64,000 nt of DNA, from the NCBI RefSeq assembly GCF_001194135.2, contig NC_068995.1:5036503-5100502 (forward strand). Reading direction: 5' to 3'. This DNA is from Octopus bimaculoides (Eukaryota). A program made the translations under genes and the position numbers. Numbering within the stretch: position 1 is the stretch's first letter; every line of letters starts with the position of its first letter. A model generated the notes under the pieces. That model searched no databases. It saw only the letters and a list, made by a program, of their open reading frames with translations, and was not told the origin of the DNA. This document shows, one piece after another, positions 38,016 to 49,910 of the stretch.

Positions 38016-38076
<61 letters not shown>

Positions 38077-38302
38077 GGTGGCGAGCTGGCAGAATCCTTA
38101 CCACATGGGGTGAAAGCATTTCGTCCGTCTCTATGTTCTGAGTTGAAATTCCTCCATGGTCGACTTTATCTTTCATCCTTTCGGGGGTCGATAAAATAAG
38201 TACCAGTTGAATACCGGGGCTGATGTAATCAACAAGTCCCCTCCCTCAAAATTTCAGGCCTTGTGCCTTTAGTAGAAAGGATTATTATTATTATTATTAT
38301 TA
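37805..38302 (+). mobile_element. Two tandem SINE family B copies joined by (TTA)n
   Basis: 37805-38013 and 38076-38280, each followed by (ATT)n. Confidence 0.85.
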
Positions 38303-38312
38303 TTTGTTTCAG

Positions 38313-38404
38313 GAGAAAATAGCCCACCACTATAATAAAATGAAGCAAGAAGGTTGTAATTTAAGTCTAAGCATTCAGAAACGGAAGGGTTTTCGAAATC
38401 CAAG
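38313..38404 (+). CDS. SAP30BP: SAP30BP exon 5 (EKIAHHYNKMKQEGCNLSLSIQKRKGFRNPS)
   Basis: FRNPS motif of the HCNGP domain. Confidence 0.95.
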
Positions 38405-38888
38405 GTATGAGGACATTATTATTATTATTACTGTTGTTTGTATTTCAATAATCTTATTTTTATAATTTATTTTTTTCCATTGCGTACCCAACTATAACTG
38501 TATACCCTGGGTACATATGTACAGATGCATTTTGGTTTGAAATTACTCAATGTAATGTGTGTCTGAGACACCTAGTGGTACTGTTTCTGTATGTCTGTGT
38601 GTAACTTTTGGGATGCTGTGTATATCTATTGTAAATAATGTGTGTGTGTTCACTAGGGTACTCTTTAGCTATTGAAGTACTATATGTAATATGTGTGTCC
38701 TGGTCCTCTACATATGCTTTTTTAACTGCTGGGGTACTGTACTCTATATGATGTGTTGAGTACTTGGTATTGCTTTCTTTCCATATGATGTGTATGGATG
38801 TATGAACTGTTTATTTGATATATATCTCTAATTTTCTGCATGTATTATTCTAACAGTAATATGTAAATTATTTCCAATCTATTTGCAG

Positions 38889-38949
38889 TATTTATGAAAA
38901 ATTAATTGAATTCTGTCAAATTAATGAGAAAGGCACAAATTACCCACCT
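38889..38949 (+). CDS. SAP30BP: SAP30BP exon 6 (IYEKLIEFCQINEKGTNYPP)
   Basis: Matches human IYEKLIQFCAIDELGTNYP. Confidence 0.96.
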
Positions 38950-39215
38950 GTAAGTCTTGATTGATTCCTACCTTGTTTATATATCTTTTATTTTCTTATT
39001 TCATATTTAGTTTCTTCTGCTAGCTTGTGGGGGGTGGTAGGTGGTGTTTGTTGGGTTGTGGTCCTAATACAGCCGACTTATGGTCATCAGAGACATGGTT
39101 AGAACCAAGGTGCTACACAATGGATCTGAACCAGAAACCATGTGGTTGGGACGCAAACGTCCTGACCACACAATAATATATTTCTACTGGTTTATAGATA
39201 ATATTCATGGTTTAG

Positions 39216-39587
39216 CCCTTTTGATAGCAACCCGACTGAAACCGGCTCTGGCTTTATAGTACAAATAACTAAATTCTTTGTTATATTTAAAATTAATTGA
39301 AAGAAACATAGAGCATCTCAACAGAAATATGGTAAAAAAAAAGGGCTAACTAATAATTAATTTAACCCTTTTGATACCAACCCGGCCGAAACTGCTTCTG
39401 GCTTTGTAGTACAAATGTCTTGTTTTCAAAAGTTCTGAATTAAAATTTTCCACCAAACCTTAGTCACAATTTATGTTCCTAACACTAGTTGAATGATAAC
39501 TAAGTTATTTTAGTAAATTCTTTGTTATATTTAAAATTAATTGAAAGAAACACAGAGCATCTCAAAATAAATACGGTAACAAAAGGG
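39216..39587. mobile_element. Two tandem piggyBac-like MITEs (39216-39345 internally deleted; 39366-39587)
   Basis: TTAA-CCCTTTTGATACC...GGTAACAAAAGGG-TTAA. Confidence 0.75.
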
Positions 39588-39701
39588 TTAAATATGATTT
39601 TCTGGCAAAATAAATTAAATTTGAAGCTTTCCTTTGATTTTTTAATTAAAAAATTAATTTTTTTTGGTTAAAATTTCACTTTCTCATTTTATATTTTTCA
39701 G

Positions 39702-39753
39702 GAAATATTTGATCCTTTAGTCTGGGGTTCCGACTCTTTGTATGATTCCTTAG
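39702..39753 (+). CDS. SAP30BP: SAP30BP exon 7 (EIFDPLVWGSDSLYDSL)
   Basis: Matches human DMFDPHGWSEDSYYEAL. Confidence 0.95.
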
Positions 39754-41033
39754 GTAAGAGCTCAAACATTTCTGTCTCTTTACTATTACTACTACTACTA
39801 CTACTAATGATTTTCCTGCTTTCCTTTGTGAAAGCACTTGGCTTAGTGGTAAAGATATTTGGCTCACAATCGATAGGTTGTGAGTTTGATTCCCGACAGC
39901 GCGTTATGTCATGTGTGCCCCCTTTGTTACGCAGTCGACGTCTACACCATAGTCTGGTTCTTGTCACACCCAATGCTTGTTATATCCTGATCTATTGATT
40001 CGACTGTGTCCACTATCCACTGCTTTAACTCCTGTAAGCCTTGTGGAAATGAAGGTATGAACAGCTTCTCTTTCTGATACCCCCAAAGGAAAAAGTTGCA
40101 GGGTGTTGGGTGAGGGAAATGCCTGTGTGTGTGTGTGTGGAGGGGGGGGGGGGGTAGATCATCAATAGTAAATCATTCACCGCTGCGTAGCCAATTCAGC
40201 ATTCTAGAAGATGCTGGTTGAGGTAATCGTGTATGGGTCTATGCCAATGTGGCAGGGCCCTGTCTTGCTGCATAATGAAGTCGGGGTACCTCTTCTCCCA
40301 CCTGAGCCAACAACCAAATGGACAGCACACTGAGGTAGGTGCACCCTGTAACAATGGACTATTCATTTTGAATTAGTCTGTGTTGTGTTTGTAGATTGAA
40401 GGGCTTCTGCATTTTCCACATAAAAGGCATTGGTTAGCATAAACTATGGTAAAAGACACTAACCCAAGGTACTGTACAACGGAATTGAACCTGGAACCAC
40501 AGGGTTGCTTAGTGAACTACTTAATCACACTGCCATGCTAATTTTCCTTTCTTTCTTTCTTGGTTTACTTTTAATACTTTATCCTCTACTACTATAGTAA
40601 TCCCTTGACTATCACAAGTTCTAAAACCTTCCACAAAAATAATTAAAGTCTAAATATAAATACTTGTCAGTCGCAGAAACCCTTGGTATACTAAGGAGGA
40701 GTCTGCAGTAAATTTGTGCTGGTGGCACGTAAAAGCACCCTCTACACTCTTGGAGGGGTTGGCGTTAGGAAGGGCATCCAGCTGTAGAAACTCTGCCAGA
40801 TCAGACTGGAGCCTGGTGTAGCCATCTGGTTCACCAGTCCTCAGTCAAATCGTCCAACCCATGCTAGCATGGAAAGCGGACGTTAAACGATGATGATGAT
40901 GATGATTAGCCATAAAAATCCACAATGTACTGAGTGCATGATAGGAGAACTGCGCTGTGACGAGGGATTACTCTACTAGTAATAATGATAATAATAATAA
41001 TATAAATATCATTTGAATTCCATTTGTTTCCAG

Positions 41034-41092
41034 ATAAAATGCAGAAACTGGACATGGAGAAACGAGAGAAAGAACGCAAAGAAAGAACCAAA
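41034..41092 (+). CDS. SAP30BP: SAP30BP exon 8 (DKMQKLDMEKREKERKERTK)
   Basis: Matches human AQKIEMDKLEKAKKERTK. Confidence 0.95.
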
Positions 41093-41344
41093 GTAAGTAA
41101 CTCCTCAGACATGTCTCTGTTGTCTTTCACGTGTGTTCTTGGACTGTGTACTCCTAATGGTACACGTTCCTGGACTGTTGTGTACTCCTGGTATTACAGC
41201 TATTTCTGGAGTGTGTATCCTTAAGATTGGACATGCTGCTGTGTCAGAATGGTATTCACTAAAGAGTCTTCATATGTGTGAATAAGGATCAGTATCCAGC
41301 CCCCCCCATCTTCTTACCCTGTGTGTGTGGCTTTTATCTTGCTT

Positions 41345-41718
41345 CACCCATTTGGCTGTGGCCATGCTGGGGCACTGCCTTGAGGAATTTTAGTTGAATG
41401 AATTGACCCCCCCCAGGATTGATTTAATTTTTTTAAAGCCTGGTACTTATTCTGTCGGACCTTTTTTGCTGGACTGTAACTTACAAAGTTACAGGGACGT
41501 AGACACACCAACAGCGGTTGTCAAGCAGTGATGACACACACACATACACACCAACACAACCGACAAGCTTCTTTCAGTTTCTGCTCACCAAAATCCACTT
41601 ACAAGGCTTTGGTCAGCCTGAGAGTATAGTAGAAGACACTTGCCCAAGGTGCCATGCAGTGGGACTGAACCTGGAACCATGTAGTTGGGAAGCAAGCTTC
41701 TTACCACACAACCACACT
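41345..41718 (-). mobile_element. SINE family A
   Basis: Head, linker and tail are present. Confidence 0.8.
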
Positions 41719-41859
41719 TGAACCTGTTTGTGTGTGTATACATACACACAGCTAAGATTCAAGATTACCAAATTTGATTTTATATCCCTGTGTATCAAAG
41801 AAAAATTTCAAAATATCAACACAAGACGTTTATGTATTGAACATGTTCCAGTGGCTTGA

Positions 41860-42003
41860 TATCATCATCATCATCATCCAGTGTTTTAAATCCGGGGTTT
41901 TGTCCCCATTAATGGGGGTGGCTGGATCTGCCTCAATGTCATAGCAATCGAGGTAGGCAGGTGCAGCCCACCCCAACCTTTGGGCTGGCTGGTGCCCATT
42001 CTC
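41860..42003 (-). mobile_element. About 135-bp structured short retroelement with (GAT)n tail; second copy at 59214-59350(+)
   Basis: Two homologous copies with the same 5' start (AGAATGGGCA) and tail. Confidence 0.7.
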
Positions 42004-42568
42004 CTTTGCTATCATGAGGCTATTTTGGAGCTGGATTTTCTAGAGAGAGGATCCCCTTGCTTACCCCCAACTTCAGTTTTTAGGCATGTGTGGTCCGGAG
42101 ATCAAGGCCTCTACCATGGTTTTTAAGAAATTTGGTGGAAAACTAGCTCAGGAAGGCATTATATAAAGACATTATATTCATGTAGTTTAGTGTAGAAATA
42201 AAAGTTTCTAGTTTTACTACAATCTGGGAGAACTGAAACGGTTCAACCAGTCATTGGTAAACTTTGACCTACAGGTCTCGTGGTCTGTGCAACTTTTTAT
42301 TTGCACATCAATGAAAAATTACTTTGAATTTTTTCGGAGTGTAGCCTGCCTCTCAGGAAAGGTTGCCTAATTTTGGGTTAACCTTAGTTATGAGATTTTA
42401 AGTTTTGTGTTGTTGCATGTAGTAGTAGCAGCAGTAGAAGTTGTGTGATGTTTGATACAAGATTACCAATGACTGTGGTTTAGTTTCTTTCAGTTAGTCT
42501 TAGCTACTTCCTGTCTGTGAAAAGTGTATGGCAGAAAATTGTTGACGTCGTTTTTTATATTATTTCAG

Positions 42569-42617
42569 ATTGAGTTTGTAACAGGGACGAAGAAATTGTC
42601 GACAGAAGGACCAGTTG
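42569..42617 (+). CDS. SAP30BP: SAP30BP exon 9 (IEFVTGTKKLSTEGPV)
   Basis: IEFVTGTKK is identical to human. Confidence 0.96.
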
Positions 42618-42840
42618 GTAAGTTGCTCTACATTGATCATCATTGTCCCCTCTGCCAGCAGCACCACCACCATCAGTTTTGTTTTAACCCTTTATTTTTA
42701 GTCATCCTTATTATCAACACCACCATCACCCCTACTCTAATTTCCACTGTTGTCATCACCATCATTGTGTTCATGCTTGTATTTCTATATTTCATAGATG
42801 AAAAATTTATATGTACACTTACTTACTGGTGTCCTCATCT

Positions 42841-43052
42841 TGATTGTTGCTTTTCACTACATTTCGGCTGTTATATGCTCCATCCTTCTTCAGGTGTCTT
42901 GTAATTCACCTTAGTGCCCTGTCTGAGATTGAACTCAGAGCCTCTAGGTGACTGCCCTGCATTAACTAGTACCTTTATCCTAAGGTGAAGCACGAGACAC
43001 CTGAAGATGGCTGGAACTTACAACAGCCAAAGCTTAGTGAAAGCAACAATCA
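42841..43052. mobile_element. Inverted-repeat element (73-74-bp arms, about 82% identical); each arm holds a hammerhead-like core
   Basis: 42841-42914 vs 42980-43052. Cores at 42855-42896(-) and 42998-43039(+). Confidence 0.7.
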
Positions 43053-43324
43053 AAGCAACTTGCTCAAGGTGCCACGCAATAGGATTGAACCTGGAACCAT
43101 GGGGTTGGGAAGCAAGCTTCTTAGAACACAACCACACCTGTGCCTTTATCATCCTCATCATTATCAGTCATCATTGTCACCATCATCATCATATTTCTCA
43201 TCATTGTACATTCCATAATCATTCATTCACTCAACATCATTATCATCACCATCATCAACTTCATTATATTATTCTTGTTATATTTTTACGTATTCAAAAA
43301 GAAAATCTCTATTTCCAATTTCAG

Positions 43325-43512
43325 AGAAGAAACGCAAGACGAAGTGGGACGCCCAGCCGCAGGGTGTCACCACGGCACCAGCTGCTCTTGTGCGGCAACC
43401 AGTAGTCACATCAGCAATGTTAAATGCAGCCAGGGGCGCACTCACGACAGCAGTGACCGGCACAAAGAGTACGGTAATTCCAGCCCTTGGTAATATCCTC
43501 AAGAGCAAATGA
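43325..43512 (+). CDS. SAP30BP: SAP30BP last exon (EKKRKTKWDAQPQ...GNILKSK*)
   Basis: KRKxKWD motif, TGA at 43510-43512. Total CDS 1053 nt = 350 aa. Confidence 0.95.
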
Positions 43513-43635
43513 AGACCATTGCATTCCAAGACTGCAAAACTTGGAATATTCCCAAACTAAATAGACTTCCTTCAGCATCAATCTCTTTCCCTTCTACTCA
43601 TTCCTCTTTCTTTCTTTCATATTTGGATGGATATA

Positions 43636-43797
43636 CCGTATTTTAACATGTTTAAGGAACCCCCTAATTTAGGGGGGCTTAAGATTTGGAAAAAAAGTTT
43701 TGTAAGGGATTATAATACTGTCCATGTATAAGAAGCTCCCATATTTTTTAACCTAATTTTTGACAGAAAAGGGTTTCTAATACATGTTAAAATAGGG
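43636..43797. mobile_element. Tc1/pogo-like MITE in the SAP30BP 3' region
   Basis: TA-CCGTATTTTAACATGT ... ACATGTTAAAATAGGG-TA. Confidence 0.7.
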
Positions 43798-44614
43798 TAA
43801 TTTTTTTTTTCCCCTGCAAGGAGGGAACTGCGAGTTGGCCTGGTCTTTGCTAAAGGTACTTGAGAACCAGGTAGAAGCAATGTGGGAGGCCGACTCCTTT
43901 CCCTGCTAATCATTGACGCCAGTGTATAGCTGGTACTTTTGTTGATTTAAAAAAAAATTTTTTTTAACTGGAGATTTAAAACTAATTACTAACGAACCAA
44001 CCACAGCAGGATTTGAACTCAGAAAATTGTGGAAGTCAGTTTGGTAACAACATAACAACATCCTGGCTAACACCAAACGATGTAGGGATATCTATGTGGT
44101 TGCATCACCTGCTAGAAATAGCAACCAGATATCCCTCAAATTGCTCACTTACTATCTCAATACAGTAAGGACACATTGATGCAGTTCTGAATATATTATG
44201 ACAAAATAAAAGACATGATGGTCATGGCTGGAATACCTTTGATCCTTCTTCTGCTACATTAGGGCTGACCTTTGGATAAACAGCAATTACATCAATTAAT
44301 ATTAATTACTATAATATATTGCAAATTATGTAGTCCTAGATATAGTGACTGAATAGACAGGTTGGTCATGGCCGGAATATGTTTAGTGTTTTTTTTTTTT
44401 AATATCATTTGTTTCAGTCATTAGGCTTTGGCCATACTGGAGCACTGCCTTGATGAACTTTAGTTGAATGGATTGACCCCAGTCCTTTATTTTGTTTTTT
44501 GTTTTTAAAGGTTGTACTTATTCTATTGGTCCCTTTTGCTGAATTGCTAAGTTACCATGATGTAGACACACCAACACCAGTTGTCAAGTGGTTGTGGAAG
44601 ATAAACACACATAC

Positions 44615-44655
<41 letters not shown>

Positions 44656-45689
44656 NNNNNNNNNNNNNNNNNNNNNNNNNNNNNNNNNNNNNNNNNNNNN
44701 NNNNNNNNNNNNNNNNNNNNNNNNNNNNNNNNNNNNNNNNNNNNNNNTATATACATGGCGTTAGGAAGGGCATCTAGCTGTAGAAACTCTGCCAGATCAG
44801 ATTGGGCCTGGTGCAGCCATCTGGTGTCACCAGTCCTCAGTCACATTTGCCACGTTCTTCTTCAACCAGACTGATTGCAACCTCATTTCTTGCAGGTGTA
44901 TTGAACCACTGGCCAGGCTCACCAGCTGGTCACCTTTCAGCCTTGATAATCACTTTGAGGTGAGGCATTACTCCCATTCACTCCAAAATGCACTTGAAGG
45001 TGTGGACGTTGGGGTGAGTTGCATGTAGCATAATCTGGAGATCTGCTATTATCTGTCTGTTGACATTTGGGTTGAGCCTACAGTACAGTCCAGTGATTAA
45101 AACAAATAATCAGTAAAGCCTTGTGTTAGGTGATCTTCAAATATGGTCAGAGGTTATCATGAAGATATTTGGGTATGGTCAGAGGTCACTATTATCTGTT
45201 GCCTAAGTGTCTGAGGTCAAAGTTCACTCTATTCTTCCCAGTTGGTGTGTCTGAGAAAGTGAAGAATTTTCTGTATATAATCATAAAAATAATATATTCA
45301 TCTCTAAATGTTTCCATTCCATCCCACCCTGTCTCTTGTGTTCATCTTGGATGCTGAAAGACTGAATTTGTAAATATTGTAAATAAACTTCTACTTTCTT
45401 AAATTATTATTATATCTGATTTATTCATCAACCAATTAAATGTCAATTCATTTTTGTTTGTAATTACTTCTACATTTTTATGACTTTTTATTTATATTTG
45501 CTTGCTCCCAGCAAGAAAGATTGACACAGTTTTGGTAAAGTTGAATAATTGTGTATTTTTGAAAACATCTGTACAGTTTTGCTGGATCTCATTATTGAAT
45601 AGAAGTGGAAGAACCTAGAATCGATTCCATAGACTGAGGTTAAAAATATTTTTCATCTGTGTTTGTGTGTGATGTTGGTGATGAGAAAA

Positions 45690-47396
45690 ATGTGGGCCTT
45701 ACAAATCGATGAAAGTACAGACATCAGCAACAAAACTCAACTCATTTCATTTCTGCAAATCATCAGAAGTGGTAAAAATCATAAGTCAGTTTTCCTTTTG
45801 TTGTGATTTGAAGGAAAAAACGACAGGAGATGTCTTTAACCTGGTAAACCAAAATGCCTTATTGAGAGGGATGCAGTGACAAACTTGTATTAGCGTTTGG
45901 ACTGATGGCGCTCCATCCATGGAGGGTCGAAAGAAAGGCTTCGTTCCTCATGTATTACAAAAAAATTCACAAGTTAAAATTGTATATTGCATGATTCACC
46001 ATGAAGTTTTGGTGTCAAAATTCTCTACCTGGTGGTCTCCTGAAGATGATGGACAACGTTAAAATGGTGATTTACATAAAATTGCATTTCCTGCAGTGCA
46101 AACTTTTTGCATTCCTATCTGAAAATATGGATTCTGACTTTAAGTGTTTACTGCTTCATACAGGAGTGTGATGATTCTCAAAAGGAAAAGTGCTCTCTCG
46201 ATTTATCTCTGCGAACTGAAATAATGTGTTTATTCGATGCTGAAAATTCTGGATTTGAATTTCTTAATGATAATTGGTGGCTAGAAGTAGCATTTCTCAA
46301 CGATCTTTCTGAGAAGCTGAACGTTTTAAATTTGAGTCTGCAAGGAGTGAACGAAAATATTATAATTACTGGCAAATTAGTCTTTCACCGACAACTTAGA
46401 ACTGGATAAGGAAAGTTAGAAACTCACAGCTTGATTGCTTCCCAAGCCTAGAGGTTTTTCCAAACAAATTAAAAATTTTGTCAGAAGTGCGGTAGACGGT
46501 AGAAAACCTGTCTGTATCATTTTCTAAGTATTTTCCATCACTTGATTATCAAATGTACGAGTGGGTCATTAATCCTTTTGCAAGATACGACAGTAGACAT
46601 CTGCCATTACCCCATTACTTACCAGTGATCTCATATGAGATCACTTAAAAATTACAAATTTCGTAATTTTCTGTCAATATTTACACATATCTAACCTTTT
46701 TGCTATACCTACTAGGTATATTTCTCTGATATTCAAATGAGGTTTGCTAAATTTTCACTCAATATCTCGCTTATTTCTATTTAAAATGTTATTTTGATCA
46801 TTCCAGCATGTTTCTAAGGCTGTTTTATGCTAGAAATCAAAGTTTCATAAAAAAATTCCAGTTAATAGAATTATGGGAGGTAATGGGTTAACATTAATAG
46901 AAGAAAATTTAATAGACCTGACAAACGATCCTGTGCACAAAGCCACATTTTCTGTGTTAGAATTGTCAGAATTTTGGATTTTACTTTGGAGCCTATATCA
47001 TCGATTAGCTACTACAGCCGTTAAATCTATGTTGCCCTTTGGATCATCGTATCTTTGCGAATTAGGTATCCCTGCGCTTATGGAAATGAAAAAATTTTAA
47101 AAAAGCGGGAACGATTACAGACGGTAAATGAGGAATTAGGTATTTGTTTATGTAATTTAGAGTCGTGTTTTGATAAAATTCTTTCTCGATATCAATTGCA
47201 TCATTCTCATTAAAAACATTATTGTATTATATGTTGATAAAACAATGTTATTTTATTATTACCGTAATAAGAATTTATTTATTTTTATTCATACTAATGA
47301 AGTATATTCAATTTTGTTGGGATTTCTATCTGGTGTGCCGCAAAATAAATTTACCTCACCCAGTGTTGTAAGGTAAAAAAATTTTGGCAGACACTG
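45690..47396 (+). mobile_element. Decayed hAT transposon, Buster/Charlie (ZBED5/8-like) type, 5'-truncated
   Basis: Broken frames give LQIDESTDIS, TDGAPSM, CMIHHE, WxSKGKVLSRF, AFLNDL, LNLSLQG and LPFGSSYLCE. 3' TIR AAAATTTTGGCAGACACTG is followed by CTCTAACC (nnnTAnnn). Confidence 0.85.
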
Positions 47397-49209
47397 CTCT
47401 AACCCATGCTAGCATGGAAAGCAGATGCCAAATGACGATGAGGAATACGCGATACCTGCAGGAAAAAAAAAGGCAGGGCTGCTCATGGCTGTAACGCTTT
47501 TGATCAAATGCCTGTTCAATGAAGGGAGAACTAGGGTCTAACAACTTAAGATATATGGACAAGGGGCGTAACTCTGTGCGAGCATATTGCAAGGGAAGTA
47601 AGCATGTTTTTTTTTAAAGGGACATAACCCTGAAATTATTTTTAATTTAAGCATCTACGCGAAGATAAGATTAAGACACGTTCTTTCACTTGTTTGTCAT
47701 TTGACTGCGGCCATGCTGGAGCATACATGCAAGCGTGGCTGTGTGGTAAGAAGCTTGCTTCCCAACCACATGGTTCCGGGTTCAGTCCCATTGCGTTGCA
47801 AGTGTCTTCTATAGCCTCGGGCCAACCAAAGCCTTGTGAGTGGATTTGGTAGATGGAAACTGAAAGAGCCTTGCCGTGTGTATATCTGTAGTTGGAGGGA
47901 GAGTAGGCGATGACTGACAGCACAGAAAGAATCAAAGCACAACAAAGTGGTAATACAATAGCGAGGGGAGGGAGATGACGTTTGGGTGAGTAGGTTTCAA
48001 GAGAGTGGGGAGGGGAGGATTATTTGGTAGTACTGTAAAAGAACTCAAGATGTTGGGTCTTCAACCAGGCCTTTCATGATACCCTTTAAAGACAGGAACT
48101 TTTCAGCATCCCTTTTGTAATGTATGGAAATCCAAGGTAAAGCAATCAACCCTGGATGCTTTTTTTTTAAAAAAGAGGACGGAGGAATCTTCAACTGTAG
48201 TAGAATCTTTAGGACCTCCAGAAAAAACTGACAAAAGATGGTTAGGAAGAACGACCCTCATTCTCCCTCCTTGTCTGCTTCATCCATGCATACTGAAACA
48301 CCTACCACACTTAAGGTAAGTGTACATTTATTTATATATGTATTTTTTACTTTATTTCTTTATTTATTTGTTCTTTATGCAATTGTTTATTTGTCTAGCA
48401 TCTGTTTTTCTATCTTGGTGTTGATGTAGCCGATGACAGTACCGCCTGATTGGCATGATCATAGCCAGCTTTGCCTCACCGGCACATGTGCCGGTGGCAC
48501 GAGGAATGCAACATTTGAGTGTGGTCGTTGCCAGTGCCGCCGGGCTAGCTCCTGTAATATGTTACATGACTATAGTTGATTAAATCCTAAAGAATTCCTG
48601 TGTTTTGATGACCTTTACTACAAATTATGACTAAAAACCAATCAGGACTTCTTTACAGCGCACCCTGCCCAAGTGTCATGAGATGGGAAAAGTAGAAGGC
48701 TGTTTAGGGTTTGTCGTAAGCTTAGTAGAGGCTTCAAAAATTGTTTCCTGCAGGAGTGCTAAGTGTTTGTCTCCCAAGAAATGTCATTCTGGAGATCTTC
48801 CAAACTCATGCCCCTACAAATACTGACAAAAACGAGAAAGTAGTTAGAATTCTGCCAAGAGCTAGAAGAAGTGCTAACTCATGAATCTACTTGCGCCATA
48901 GTGGTGGGAAATTTCAAGGATTAGGTTGGAAAAGGGTGGCAGGGAGAGAAATATATTAGAAACTCTGGATTAAGAGAGAGAAATGAAAGAGAAGGTTTGA
49001 CTACCATGGCAGAGGCAAGAAGACTTTACATAGGGAATAGCCTTTCCAGTCTTTACAAACCCATTCATAAAGTCTGTCTGTCTGTGCATGTGTGCGTGAT
49101 ATTTGCTTGTATTGCCCTGTGCATTTGTGTGTGTGTGTATTAAACGATGATGATGATATTAGGTTGGAAAGAAAATCCTGTTTCATACCATGTCGGGAAA
49201 GTAACAGAT

Positions 49210-49910
49210 ACTGCTTTGGTCCTCACCGCATAAAGTGAACCATTTTTGGATTGTCTTGTTACGTGTGATGAAAAATTGGATTCTTTTCAACAATAGTAAG
49301 CGTTCTGCACGGTGGTTGGTGAGAGACGAAGTGCAATACAACTCCCAAAAATATTCACCAAAAGAAAAAGCTAATGGTGTCTGTTTGGTGGTCCAGCGCT
49401 GGTGTCATCCACTACAACTTCATGAGACCTGGCAAGTCAATTAGAGCGGATGTATACATCAACCAATTGGATGAAATGAGTGAACTTGCAATTAAACAAT
49501 AGAGGTTGGTCAATACAGACAGGCCAATTCTCTTGCAAGACAATGCTCGACCACATGTTGCACAAAGAATGCTACTCAAGTTACAGGAACTGAACTTGGA
49601 AGTACTCAGTCATCCACCATATTCACCAGACCTTGCACCAACTGACTATCACATTTTCCAGGCATTAGACAACTCTTTGCAAGGAATAAACTTCAAATCT
49701 GAAGAAGATGCGAAAACAGCCTTTTGTGATTTCATCACTTCTTGCTCTCCAGAATTCTTTGCTGCCAGCATAAATAAGCTACTGATAAAATGGCAAAATT
49801 GTGTTGATAATTTAGGTGCATACTTTGATTTACTGCACTGCTTTTTGCTGAGATAAAGTAAAAAGAACTTTCAGTTCAAAATCGAACATTTCATTCTTAA
49901 TGACCTGATA
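49210..49910 (+). mobile_element. Decayed mariner (DD34D) transposase, 3' half
   Basis: VTCDEK, LLQDNARPH and HPPYSPDLAPTDYH with 34 residues between the last two Asp. Ends CTTAATGACCTGA-TA. Confidence 0.9.

Noticed and set aside
44755-47450. One SINE C split by a single 2.5-kb hAT insertion
   Set aside because: No hAT 5' TIR or matching TSD at 44845, and the intervening DNA includes unrelated Tc1-like sequence.
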